From: Paragordius varius
Lineage: Eukaryota > Animalia > Nematomorpha
Assembly (NCBI GenBank): GCA_964247055.1
Contig: OZ176055.1
Span: 7,378,001 to 7,442,000, forward strand
Length of the DNA stretch: 64,000 bases
Reading direction: 5' to 3'
The notes under the pieces: model-generated
What the model was told of the DNA's origin: nothing
The model's database searches: none
What the model saw: only the letters and a program-made list of their open reading frames with translations
Made by a program: the position numbers and the translations under genes
Shown: positions 37,223 to 58,620 of the stretch, one piece after another
How the letters are laid out: the number at the start of each line of letters is the position of its first letter
How positions within the stretch are numbered: the first letter of the stretch is position 1

Positions 37223-40200
37223 ATGATTTTTAAATTTTTAAATTTTTATTTGATCCCGATAACTTTGGTAATTATTACATATAAAATATTATTTTGATAT
37301 AATTAGGGTTTTTATATTTTAATTCATACTTTTAATATATTTTTTTAGTTATTCACGATAATGTTTATTTAAATTTTATTATATTTTATTGTAATTTTAA
37401 CAAATAATTTTTGGGTGTTGTCCTGACAATATACACTATTTAAATTTTAATTATATTAATTGTAATATTTATAATCTGATCATAAATTTTTTTATATTAA
37501 TTTTTTTAACCATTAAACCACAAAAACAGATAATTTTTATCATTTGGCGACAATACAAAATACGACGAAGATCATATTCATGGTTTTTGAATCAACAAAT
37601 AAACAGCCAAACAATTTTATCTGGTAAAACTATTATAATAACTGGCGCTAATGCTGGCATAGGTATATATTTAAATTTTATGACAATATTTTTTGAAAAA
37701 ATTTGACCTGATGGGGGTTCGGTAAAAAAAATTTAATAGAGTAAATTTTTTTGTCATATTTTTTTATGTATATGCCAAAAAATTGTTAATGCACCTCATA
37801 CTGTTATTTGACAGTATCATATATATGTAAAGGTGTATAAATGCTATATTTAGGGACTTTTTAAAGTCATATATAATAATTGCTATAAGACATCCTTAAA
37901 CACTCTAAATATATTTATTTCACTAATAAGGATAATATAAGTATTAATTTGCGTATTTTTCAAAAATGTTGTCGTTCCAAGTTTTAATTTAAATTAACAT
38001 TTATCATTTTTAATCTATTGGAGTAAAAAAATTTAATTAATAAAATCTAATTATTTTATCATTCAAAATTAGTTTAATTGCCTTCATATCAATTTTTGTT
38101 CCGGCTAATGATAACTAACAAGGAAATAAAATGTGATTTTTACGGTTTTATAAAAAATTAAATTTGGTGAATAATTTGATATTTTAATGTTGTTTAATGC
38201 GACATCTAGGAAAAGCAACTGCAGCTGACTTGGCTAAACGTGGAGCCCGTGTAATTATGGCCTGCAGAGACATGGGTAGGGCCGAAAAAGCTGCTCATGA
38301 TATAATCCGCGATTGTCAGCTGGATTCTGATCAGATGGTTTCAGAACCAGAGTTAGCATTTATGAACGGTAACTCTCATGTTCCTAAAGGATTTCAAAAT
38401 GGTGGTCAAAATGTGAAAAATGATACATCTAGATATAAGGATTATCCCGAGCTGGTCATTAAACGGCTAGATTTATCTGACCTCACGAGTGTTCGAGCAT
38501 TTGCTCAAGATATCTTAGCTACTGAGTCCAGACTCGATGTATTGATTGCAAATGCGGGAATCATGAATTCCCAGCCTGTGGATACAACTCAAGGGTTATA
38601 TTTTGCTTTTCACTAATAATCAGATGATTAATCAGAAATTCACGACTTTTGAATGATTTAGGTAGATGCCGTGCCGTAGAGGTTTTCAATTTAAAGGATA
38701 TTTACATCTGCATTTTTAACAGAGAGACAAATCGATGGGGAAATTATAAATAATTAAATGCCTTTTTAAATATTTTTAAATTAAGTCATTAATAATATAT
38801 TGGAAACTCTAAGTGGACTTTCAATCCCGATAAAAAATAAAAAGCGGAGCCAGGGATTTTTTGACGGTTGGAACCGGATAAGATGAAATTAGAATGATAT
38901 AGAACCAATCTGATTACAACCCAAAAACCTGGTTTTTGGCAATTTTTAATGACTATGTTCTTGTTCCGAGTGGTTTTGGTTCGAAATTCAGCTTGAAAAA
39001 ATTATAATTTTTTTTCACATATATTATCTATAATATTTTCATTCCTGTGTTTTTATGCAATTCGTCGGTTGAATTTTTATTCTTTTTTATGGGTTATTTT
39101 CCCATTTTTAATAATGTTTCAGACTTTTTTTATTCAATCTGTTAACATTCATTTAACTATAGGTATGAACAGCATTTCGGAACAAATCATTTGGGACATT
39201 TTTATTTGACTCTTTTACTTTTACCATTGCTTGAATCGACAGCCCGGCAAAACATGTCTTCGTATTTTTCAAATACACCGCTTTTGGTGGGAAATAACGA
39301 TATATCCGTAAATGATAAACTTGTTAATAGAAAGCGTCCTAATAACGGACACGTAACTAATGATAATAATTATAATTATGTTTATAATAATGATTTTTCT
39401 ATCGTTCCATCCAATGTTACAAACCTTAAAAGTCGAATTGTTATCGTATCATCGGCCCTCCATAAACGGGGAGAATTAGACTTTGATGATCTTAAATTTA
39501 AACGCCGTGGATTTACGTATTGGAAAGCGTATTCAGCAAGCAAATTAGCTAACATTCTATTTACTAAGGAATTAGCTCGCCAATTACAATCTGGTTATAT
39601 ATAATGTTTGTTAAATTTGGATTTTAAATTTAAGTTATAAATTTTTTTAAGGCTTATTTGTACCAAAATTTCTTCTTTGGTTTCTATTAATGGATTTGCA
39701 GAACCCGATTGCAAAGTAATTTAAAATTTTCAGTTTCACCCATTATATATATTTGATTTTGGTTAAAATCTATATAAATTTATGAAAAATGAATAGACTT
39801 TGTGGCTATTTCCCAACTTAATGTTATAATTATCATATATTTTGTGTTCACTAAAATTTTAACATTTTTGCCATTTTAAAGCTATTTTTATATATTTTAA
39901 TGATTATTTTTGATGCATAATACTTGATTTTCAATGTTTTTTACTCATTTTATGCGATGACAATTTACCAAGGTAAAAATATTTTTTTGCGTTAAATTAG
40001 GCAAAGGTCTTGAACCCTACTTAAATTCCACTAAAGATGGTTCGCCTTACGCCATAACTGTCAATTCTCTTCACCCGGGCGTAGTTATAACTGAGATGAG
40101 TCGTAATGTCCGCTTGAGATTTGACGTTGGAAAAATGTTATTTAACGCTATAGGTCCACTTTTCTTAAAGAATGGCCATCAGGTTGCTATAGTTTAGAAA

Positions 40201-41290
40201 ACTACATTTATAACCGAAACACTACAGTAAAAACTGAAATTATACGGACAAAACGAAAAAATATAAAGACAAATATTTTTTTCTAAAAGACAACCATACT
40301 TTTTAAATCTATAGATTTATATCAATATAACTCATTTTTTTAAATGGCAAAGTGTGAAATAGAGTTTTAAAAAGTATGGTTATCTTTTAGAAAAAAATAT
40401 TCGTCTATATATTTTTAGGTTTTGTCCGTATAATTTCAATCTGCAAAATTTTATACATAAACGAAATGACAATATAAATAGGAAGCAATGTTTGGAAGCT
40501 TATTTAATATTGTAAAAAATTTTGGCCAAAAGAATTCAACTCTGTAATTTTATTGTTTTATAAATATACCAGTTAAAACTTTTTGTGCAAAGGTGAAACG
40601 ACAATATATCAAGTTTACATAAAATTAAAATTAAATTATTATGCGAAAGTAAAATCTGCGCAAGAAAGACCATTTTTTGTAAATCGGCTACGATACGAAA
40701 AAACGGGTGCATAGTAAATTTTTTGGAAATTTATATTTTTTTTAAATATTACAATAGTCTTTAAAGTAATAATTTTTAAATAAAGAGCCGTCAAAAATCG
40801 ATCTTGTCTACTTTGGGGGTGTATTTTGTACGTTTTTGAAGATTAAATTTTTTGGATATGTGAATATTTTGCTTTTAAAATTTCAAAAACATTGTGTGTC
40901 AAACTTCATATAAGAGAAATGAATGCAAAAATCAAAATATCTGAACAGGTGATTCTCATGACAATGTATTTCCAACTAATGCATGTCAAATAAATTAAAT
41001 TTCAAACAAACGGAGCAATGTTATCGATTTATCATTAAACACCCCCTGTTTCGCATTTAATTAAAATTTCATTTGTAATACGCATATTCTAGGGTGCTCA
41101 AACTAGCCTTTACTGTGCCTTAGCGCCAGAAATAGAAAATATTTCAGGCGAATATTTTGGTGATTGCCGATTAGAACAAAGTTCGATCATGAGTCAAGAT
41201 AAGGAATTAGCTCAAAAATTATGGGATTTTAGTATGTCATGCATTCAAAAGTTTGAATTACCTACAAACAATAGTTCTATCAATCAATAA
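37223..41290 (+). CDS. Retinol dehydrogenase 12/13/14-like short-chain dehydrogenase/reductase, 6 exons, about 457 aa
   Basis: Exons: 37223-37267, 37530-37662, 38210-38594, 39163-39593, 40001-40182, 41093-41290 (1374 nt). N-terminal hydrophobic anchor MIFKFLNFYLIPITLIIFIIW; TGANAGIG Rossmann motif; LDLSDLTSVRAFA; ANAGIM; FGTNHLGHF; catalytic YSASK; VNSLHPGVV; GAQTSLYCAL; KLWDFS. Confidence 0.9.
40225..40445. mobile_element. Tc1/pogo-like MITE (TA|CAGTAAAA...) in an RDH intron
   Basis: Long inverted ends GAAATTATACGGACAAAAC / GTTTTGTCCGTATAATTTC and AACCATACTTTTTAAA / TTTAAAAAGTATGGTT. Related ends occur at about 43933 and 46120-46146. Confidence 0.6.
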
Positions 41291-42004
41291 GTGCCCTTTA
41301 AAAGAAGTGATTACATAATTAGTATTATATTTAGGTCAAAGAAATGTTCAATTATAATTATTTTTACACAATTTTTATGTGAAAAAACCAATAGGCATTA
41401 CTGTGATCTTTTATTTTGTGATCAAATCATTTACATTTTTATATAGTTTCTTTAACAAACCACAATGTGTTAAAATTATTGTTAATTATTTATATACATA
41501 TTTGAGATTGGCTATAAATGCAATGTAAAATTAAATGTCTAATTAATCTACATAGCATAAAGCCAATCTTCAATTTTTATATACATGCGAAATCACATCT
41601 AATCTTGTATATATTTCATCATTTATTTTATCACAATCACATTTTTAACCAAATTTATTAGGATTTCATATATAATTTTTTATGTAGTGACCACTATATA
41701 TGGACGTCCTTATTGACTTTTTACCCAAAATTTTATTCTCAAATGAATATTTATTTATTGTATTTTATAATATTTTAACAAAATTTACTAGGAATGTATA
41801 CCACCATCTTTCTAATTATACATACATATTCATATAAAAAAAATAAATATATATATTAGTTTGGAAGAAAAAAAAAAGAGAAATAAATTTTTTAAACATA
41901 CGTACGACAAAGATTGTAAATTTTATAAATGTCATAATATGCCAATATATATGGGTTTGAGTCCCTTTTTTTTCTTTAAAAAAACATAGTGAAAAATTAT
42001 GGAA

Positions 42005-49917
<7,913 letters not shown>

Positions 49918-50093
49918 AATTTTTTTGGGTGTTTGTGCGAAAAGGTTAAACTTATGCCGAAGGCTTCGATAACATACGCGTTTCAGGTGTTAAAATTGAA
50001 AAATATATAAAAAAAAGTTTGCTTTTATAAATTATGTTATTAGATTTTTTATGTTTCATATATTTATTTATTTAAGTAAGGTCCATATGAAAT
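49918..50093. promoter_or_regulatory. Putative bidirectional promoter and 5' UTRs of ATP6V1A and SCYL1
   Basis: Divergent ATGs at 49917 (-) and 50094 (+), with 176 bp between them. Confidence 0.65.
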
Positions 50094-53000
50094 ATGTGGT
50101 CCTTTTTGTCAAAGGGCTTATCCAAAGAGCTTGCAAAATACGATATAGGTGATATCAAATATCCTAGTGATGAAAATTGTTTTTGGAATATCCACAAAGC
50201 TAAAAACAAGGCTACTTCAGAAGAATTATCGGCATTTATTTATGATATCAAGGCTCATAATGAAACCGAAACTATACAAGCTAAGAACGCATTTAAGCGC
50301 ATTAAAACATTGCGCCATCCCGGTTTACTAACATACCTTGATGGGGTTGAAGTTAATTTTTATGATATAATTTTCAGACTGATTCACATATTTATATAAT
50401 TACACCCAGTATTGAAAAATTAAGCGTTAGCGTATATAAAAAGAATTCAGATGAAGATCTACTTATGGCAGATAATCAATCATTCTCCTCATTTTCCAGC
50501 AATGATTGGGGCATTTTTAAATTAGCCAATATTTTACAGTTTCTTAACATTGATTGTGTAATCGTGCATAATAATATATGTGTTTCATCCATTTATTGTG
50601 ATAAAGCTGGCGAATGGAAACTATTTGGTTTAGAATATGCATATTCCTTTAGTGATCGAAAATCGTTGACTGCATCACATTTTCGAAAACCTAAAGGTTT
50701 AAGCATTTACGACTCGCCTGAACAGAAATCTTCTAATCAGGAATCTTGGTTTAACTATCATGTTTTTAAATTATGTTATTAAATTAATTGTTTTAAATTT
50801 TTCTTTGATATTTTTAAGTTAAACAAACGGTTATTTTAAATGTTTTTCATAGGAGCGTTGATGTTTGGTCATTTGCCTGTTTAATTTGGGAGTTGTTTAA
50901 TGGGCACCTCAAACAAAAATCCCAATTGAAAATTACCAACAAAGTTTCTTACCTTTAATTAGTTTTTTTACCTCATAACTTAATAAAAGCATCTATTTCT
51001 AAAATTATATTGCTTGATTGATTTAAAAGGAAACACCTCAAATACCTAATATAATTATTTTTTATACGGATCTAATTTTCTAATGATTTAATAATTTTTT
51101 TTTCATTTATTTTCACTAAATAATTGAGACTCAGAAAAATTATGATTAAAATTCTAAAAACCTATTAATGTCTTAGTTACCCAAAAGTTTGATTAGCCTG
51201 TACTGTGAAATGATGAACAGTAATCCATGCGCTCGTCTCTCACCCGCAAAATTTTTGGAACGATGTTTGGCTAAAAAGCCTTCCGGTTACTTAAACACTC
51301 CTTGTCTTGCCGCTATGCAGTTTCTCGATGAGATCCAAGTTTTTGCTTTGTTTAAGAAAGAAAATTTTAGTTCTTTTAAGATATTTTTGATATTATACAA
51401 AATGTTTAGCTTTGTTTGGTGTTTCAAAAGTAGTATTCCAAAAACTTATAAAAGCGAAATAAAAACTAAGTGTTATAAGTCTGCCAACATTTTTTTTGGT
51501 TTTTTTTGCAAAATGTGGCATTAATATAATATAAAGTTAAATTTCTTGAAGGAAACACCTTAATGCAAATATAATAAGGCTTTGAACCGGTGCGAAAAAA
51601 GGTCGAACAGGAACCGGATTAGTTCCAACCCAACGGCATTTAATTCTAATTTCGGTCCGAAGCCCTGATATGTATCATTACACATTAGTTTCAAATCTAT
51701 AAAACACGAAAAAACTATCATGAATGAATTTTTATTTAAAAAGACTCTTAAACATGTAAAAATATGAAATTTTTATCTTTGGCCAAATATTTTTTAGTTT
51801 TTTGTATTACTTAAATAAAATACACTTTATGGTCTTAGAAATTAACCTGTTAGTAAATATACGCCAAAATGTTCCCTCATATTAAGCTTCAAAATAAAAG
51901 TTACTTTTTACATATGAATAATTTTACAACCTAGATGAAAGATGCGAATGAGAAAAAGGCATTTTTTACGGGCACCCTACCACCCATGCTTGATTCATTT
52001 AGCCCCGATTTGTGTAAACACAAAATTTTACCACAAATTGTTCAAGCGTTTGATTATTGTGAAGCAGGGACATCCATACTTCCTTCACTTCTTAAAGTAA
52101 ATATAAGGGATTTTTATTTGGTGGATTAAAAAAATACGGTTTCGGTTTATTTTTTTTCAAAAACGGTCGTGATACTATTTTTGTTAAAATGATTCTAATT
52201 ATTTTATTTAACATTTGAGGTATATATTTTTTAAAATCTGTCTCAATTCTTTTTATGGCGCTAGCGCTTCAAAATTTTTCGGACATATATATATATATAT
52301 ATAATATATTATAAGATGAATAAAATATTAGGCTTGACAGGATTCACATTTATTAAAAAATAGCCTGTTTTTAGTTGTTGAAACGGTTCTAGAAATGTTT
52401 ATGATCATTATGGTTAACAAAATTGCTACTAGATTAAAATTCGTGTTAAAAAATTTTTATGAAAACTTATTTTATTTTTCCTCGTTCTTTGCATAAGATT
52501 GGAAATTCCATCAATGATCCACAAGCCTATGATAAATATATTCGGCCTTGCATTATTAAACTGTATAGTTTGCCGGATCGTGTAACACGTATAGCTTTGC
52601 TTGAAAATTTACACTTGTATCATGATAAGTTATCAACTCAAACCATAAATGACAATGTGTTTGGGCCTGTGGTCCAAGGTTTTGCCGACACGAATCCAGT
52701 AATTAAGGAAGCCACTATAAAGGTTTATTTTTTTTGAAAAAAAAATATTTTAATTTTTTTATTGGCAACTATACAAGAGTAAAAAACAGTTGTATTTCAA
52801 TATAAATATTTTTAACTATATCATTGGTCGGTATGAAAATGCAAACACCGAAAAAACAAAAAAAATTAGCTGTAAAATAAAACGACTTTTTAAAAATGGG
52901 CGTTTTGTAGCACGCTATTATTTTTTTTAAACTAGCTTAAATAATAATTTTATGTATATATACTAACAATAATAGACAAAAGGATAAAAAAAGTTTATTT

Positions 53001-53597
53001 CTACAAAATTAAGGTAAAAAATAGTAGGATAGTTCACAAAAACTGTCCGCATCAAAAGAGGTTGGTTTTAGCAAAAACATTTTTATGATTTTTTGTAACT
53101 TTTATTTTGGAGTAGGCTATGATATACATTGCACCCAAACTCAATTACAATAACTTGAATGTTGAATTGGTGAAACATTTTGCTCGATTACAAGGGACGG
53201 ATCCACATGGGGGAATACGAACCAATACAACTGTGTGCCTGGGAAAAATTGCTAAATACTTTGATTCGAAAGTCTATCACTTTTTAACAAATATTACTTT
53301 CCTTAGATCTGATCTGATATAACTTTTTCAAATGTTTCTTTAGCAGCAAGAATATAAAAACCAGTATATTGTTTTATCATTTTAAAACATTTTTGCACCG
53401 AGAAAGATGGGGAAAATTAGATTTAATTAAAATTGGAAAATTTTAATAAAAACTTATTAGATTTTTGTGACAATTTATATTTTTCTCACATATTTTTGGG
53501 TGTCTATACAAAATTGTAAATATTTAGTACTTTTTTGGTGTTTCTCACACTTACCATAATTATATGGAACAAATAATAAAAGTTGCTATTTAATTAC

Positions 53598-53659
<62 letters not shown>

Positions 53660-56600
53660 AAAAATTAGGCTTTTACTTTACTTATCTTACACCACCTTAT
53701 GTTTGTTATTTAAATTTTACATTTTACAAATATCATGAAGGTTCGCCAAAAAATATTGGTTTCAGCTTTTACGCGTCCGTTTCGCGATGAGTTTCCCAGT
53801 GCTAGGAAAGCGGCATTACAAGCTATTTCAGTCACCAGTCAATATTACACGATTGAAGATATTGGTTAAACATTTATATATATTATATATGCAGAGAATC
53901 TTTCTATAAAAATTCTTTAATTATGGTATATAGTTTTTTGTTTGTGAAGCTGTAAATAGATTTTTATTGGTTATTATTATGTAATAAATTATTTTTTCCC
54001 AACAGGAATAATGTATGATAAAAATGATTAAAAACAATAAAATTTTGTTATTTGAATTTTTTGTTTGTTAGTTATTGTTAGATTTTAAAAAGCTTAAAAT
54101 TTTGTATGAGAGTCAAAGTGAAATATTTAATAATTTAACTTAATTTTTTACTTGTGTTTTTATTTATAAACCATATTTTTCCATTATAGCCAAAAAGATT
54201 TTACCCAGCTTATGTTCATTAACCGTAGACCCTGAAAAAGAAATACGTGATTTGGTATAAATTATATCCTATATATATATATATATATATATATATACCA
54301 TTTACAAATCAAATTCACCTCGAAATAATTCACCCTTGAACAATTCAAATTCACCCTGAAAATAAATTATGTATTTTTGGGCTAACATAACTCATAATAT
54401 CTTAATGGTATAGTTTATTATTTTTTCTGTATTATTATAATTTTTGAATAAAATTTAATTTTTTTACAAAGTAATAAGTAATTTTTTTATTATTTGAACA
54501 CTTAATTTATTTTAAGCAAAATTTGAATCGTTCGAGGGTGAATTTGAACTGTAAATGGTATGTTATTAACATAACTCATATGATTGAATTAAAATTCATA
54601 TTATAAATTCATAGAGTTTTGAAATTCTAGAAGATTTTCTCGTACGAATCAAAGATGTTTCAGAAAATCCGGAAAAATTAACTGAATATAGTATAGATAT
54701 TGTTTATATTATAAATCAGGATGTCGTCCAACACGCGAGCCGCATGTGGCCCTCCAAAATATTTCTACAGCCCGCGAGAAATTTCAAATAAAAAATTTTA
54801 CGGAATCTAAATAAAATTGATTTTTTTTAAAAAACGAATTTTCCGAAAAAATTATTTCGAATTTCGGCAAACTAGCAAAAAAATGTTAAAATAAATAGTA
54901 TTTTTTACAGTCTTATGTTTAAAATCTAATAAAATATTGCGACTGCGCCTGCAGTTTTTTTTATTTAAAAATGCGACTCGCGAAGCCATTTGTGTTGGAC
55001 ATCCCCTGTTACAAAGCATATTATAAATTTTTGTATAAATATTTTTAAGAGAAATGATATTTATTATCTGAAAATTAAATTGCGCTCTTAATTTTCATGG
55101 TTAAACCTTAAAGAGTCAACCAATTCTTTTTAGGTTTTAACCCCTTATTCTGAATTCTACAACAAAGGACTTAAAAATGATATCTTTTTAAATTTGCTTA
55201 TGAATCCGTAAATTTTACAAACATTGGGTCCATTGTATATGAATTATAGTTTTAAATGTCATTTTAATAACTATTTATTTAAATTTTGGTGAATAATAAT
55301 GCAATAAAAATTTAGTTGTTGATATAACCCTTATTTTGTGATTTGTATAAAAAATAAACTATCGGGATCCCTAATTTTTATGTTTGCCTTGATTTGAAAT
55401 AACTTTTTCAGAATTTCTCCTGTTAAATAATTATTTTTAAAAAAAATAAGATTATAAGACAAAATATAAACACTTAAGGATAAATATAATTTTATAAAGG
55501 AAGTCATCCTTTTTTGACCTTATTTTTCTTTTCATATAATATTGTGTGGAGTTTTGAAACAAGGGAAGCAAAAACTTTCATATATTTTTCACATTTGTAA
55601 TCATATAGCTTATGTACAAAAACAAGCTTTAAAATATCATTTTTTTTATGTAAATGGTAAAATATTTGTGCCTTTTACTTGTAATCTTCTTTTACTGTGT
55701 GTGTGTGTAGATCATTTAGCTATGGTACCATCCGAATCAGAGTATTACACAGATAGTGGGAATAATAATCCTGTTGGTAGCCAAGCCCTTGCCCTGGGTA
55801 AAAATGCTCAAACCACCCTTCAAACAGCCGCTTCGAAACTCCTGGAAAACGTTAGGGGTGCAACTGAAATCTCTAGCAAAGTTGGAAGTAATATGGCTAG
55901 TAGTTTGCCTTTGAATTGGGTCTCCACCCTAATCACCAACAAATTTTATGGACCACCGACTACTGAAACGAATTCAAGTAGTTTATAATTGATTGTGTAA
56001 ATTTTGAGGATATAGGGCAACATCTAAATGAAAGTTTTTAATAAAAAAGAAAACCTATAATTTTGCAAAAATTTGTAATGGTAGTAATTGTTATATATTG
56101 ATTCAATTATTGCTATTTAACAAATTTTATGGATTTACTGAAAACTCTAGATATTATAACTTAAATATAAGTGAAAATTTTTCAAAAATTATAAATTTCT
56201 TTACAGTTGACCAAGATTACTAGTATGTATTAAAAATTTATGTTTTCAATATTTAATTATTTGTCAATTTACGTATTTCCAATTAATGAAAAGATTGTTG
56301 GTTTTTAGAACAATCGTATTTTTTGATTTTAAATATTTTTTATATAAACATTATGATTAATGATATGACACATGTTGAATATTTTAAGATTAAAATATGG
56401 TTGTCTATTTAAAGGTAGAAGTCTTTGGATTTTTATGCCATTTTGTCTTATCTTTGTTGTTTTTGTATTTACGTACCATATATTAATCATTATTTAATTT
56501 AAATTAATTATCAGAAAAAAATATTTTAGTATCGTTATTAATACATAAATGATTTATTTTATATATTTTAAAAAACCTTTAGATGTGTCTTCAAATGAAA

Positions 56601-57160
56601 CCAAAAGTGATAGAAATGAAAAGAACCAAGAAAAACAAAATCACATAACTTCAAATCAAGAAAGCCAACACAAAAATAATTTAAGTGATATGAAAAATAA
56701 GAAATCTACTAATGTAGCTCGCAACCAGTCCATTGATCTTTTGAGTCAAGATGAGGTTTTTTCAAAATTTTTATTGCTGTTTTGCTTTAGTTCCAATTAA
56801 ACGATTAAATTATAATTTTAATTTAACCCCTGAACAATTCAAATTCACCTTAAAAATAAATTATGTGTTTTCGAACTAATATCCCTCATTATTAATATGA
56901 AATATATCTTTAAAGGCATAGTTTATTGTTTTTTCAGTATTATTTTAATTTAAAACAAAGATTTTTAAAAATATATTAAAATATAGGTAATTTTAATCTT
57001 AAAAAACATCTATTTGTGGGTGAATTTAAATTGTAAATGCTATATATATATATATATATGGGTTTGATTATTTGGTCAAAAATATATTTTTTTAATTTTT
57101 TGTTAAAGTTTTCATTTGACATACTTGGTTTTGAGACATAAATTTATATACAGTATAGAA

Positions 57161-57194
<34 letters not shown>

Positions 57195-58258
57195 ATGATT
57201 CTTGTTGATATAGCCAAATACCATACCATGTGCAGCAAAGAGCATTATAATTGGCTAATAGCAAGAAAAAGCGAAAATAATAACTTAAGTCAATAATATT
57301 GCTCTTTGCTGTATATGCTATCTGGCCATATTTATTCAAGAACTAAAAATGTATTATTACCCATACTCTAACTTTTATATATCTTTATATCAGCAACCAC
57401 TTGACAATATTACCGATGATTTTGAAGAATGGGAGGTAAAATTATTTTTTCGATATAATATTTTTTAGTGCTTAAAACCGAAATTTAAATTTCATTTTTG
57501 GTCAATAAAATAAAATACGACGTTTGTATCTAAAACCTCAGGTTTTTACGAGTTTTTAAAACCTACCTACCTTTACGATTTTCACGTCCTATTTTATCTA
57601 CTATTTTTTCTACAATATTTACCACATTTCTTTATTTGAAGGATTTTAATCAAACCAAAACGAATTTAAACAACACCAGCGCTTCAAAGAATGCACAACA
57701 ATTTTCACTTAAACCAGCTAAAAGTGATTTTGAAAAGCGTGTTTTAACGTCCCTTTTTGACGAAGATGTTTCCTACAATAAATCAGCGATAAAATCAACC
57801 AACAAAAATTCTGCACCACATACAAATATAATTAATAATAAAACTGATGATAATTTTAGTGATTGGAATAATACGAATAAATTGAGCGTAGGGAGTGATT
57901 TTGATGGTTGGTCTACAGCTTTATCAAATGAAAAAACTGGCCCTACTACGCTAAGGCAAGCTAATAAAACTGAAACTAAGAAAGGTGCAATTTTAACTAC
58001 TTCAAATAAGTCACTCCATAATACAAATAGTCTGTTGGATGATATTTTAATGGAGGAAACTAAAGCTATGGTAAATTGTAAGACATTATTTTGATTAAAA
58101 TCTCGGTTCAATCATTTTTATTAGAATCATCAAATTTAAAATATATTAAAATACGCATTCCATGGTTTATTTAGTAAATTTAATATTAAGAAATTTTACC
58201 AATTAGTTTATTTTTGTTTTACGTTCTCGGTTATTTCCAGAAGGTTGGAAATGTTTAA
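50094..58258 (+). CDS. SCYL1: SCY1-like pseudokinase with HEAT repeats (N-terminal kinase-like protein), about 15 exons, about 870 aa
   Basis: Exons: 50094-50351, 50378-50748, 50853-50943, 51177-51338, 51935-52096, 52498-52722, 53116-53271, 53741-53864, 54190-54254, 54615-54690, 55711-55980, 56583-56755, 57394-57435, 57642-58070, and a putative last exon 58241-58258. Motifs: [75 protein letters not shown]. The C-terminal exons are less certain. Confidence 0.9.
50352..50377 (+). other. 26-nt micro-intron (SCYL1 intron 1)
   Basis: GTTAATTTTTATGATATAATTTTCAG; removal gives LDGVE|TDSHIYIIT in frame with the downstream kinase-like ORF. Confidence 0.88.
53599..53657. repeat. (TA)n microsatellite, longest in the window
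   Basis: About 29 TA units in a SCYL1 intron. Confidence 0.95.
54296..54560. mobile_element. TACCATTT-terminal MITE abutting a (TA)n tract
   Basis: (TA)n|TACCATTTACAAATCAAATTCACC ... GGGTGAATTTGAACTGTAAATGGTA. Confidence 0.75.
54717..55008 (+). mobile_element. hAT-like MITE family B in a SCYL1 intron
   Basis: CAGGATGTCGTCCAACAC ... GTGTTGGACATCCCCTG; flanks TTATAAAT / TTACAAAG (6/8). Confidence 0.75.
56825..57042. mobile_element. TACCATTT-terminal MITE, 5'-truncated, abutting (TA)n
   Basis: CCCTGAACAATTCAAATTCACC ... GGGTGAATTTAAATTGTAAATGCTA|(TA)n. Confidence 0.6.
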
Positions 58259-58269
58259 TGGTTTGGAAT

Positions 58270-58618
58270 CGGTGATTGGTTTGTCTTCGCTCTATGTTGC
58301 CCAAATATTAGTTTTTTCTTTTGTATAAATTTGCTTACTATATCCTTTTTGTATTGGGTTATTAAATTCGTTATTAGAAAACCAAGCTTTATGTATCTTA
58401 TATTCAGTATTTATCATTTCAGTAAGATATTTCTGTTTATGGGCCATCTTAGGGGGGCGTTCAGAGCTGACCTAACTCCTGATATATATTACAAGTATTA
58501 TTATTGTATGTTATACACATTTTATGTTATAAGGACAAATTTTTATGTGTGTGTTAACCTTTCTCCACCCATGTTAAATTCGTTTCCTTGTGTGATTTTT
58601 AGAATATAGGATCCATGA
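58270..58618 (-). mobile_element. 3' continuation of the same RTE LINE, left of the foldback insertion
   Basis: YHGS (KYLGS-like), GWRKV and an FG(H)IER-like remnant continue the RT in the expected order. Confidence 0.5.
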
Positions 58619-58620
58619 TA

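Noticed and set aside
38369-38389. Possible in-frame 21-nt GT...AG micro-intron in RDH exon 3
   Set aside because: It is much more GC-rich than the supported micro-introns, has no TTTAG-type acceptor and restores no conserved motif; probably chance. RNA-seq would settle it.
51576-51668. Short GAACCGG-rich element with weak inverted ends (similar patch at about 38870-39000)
   Set aside because: The TIR and TSD are too degenerate to call by eye.
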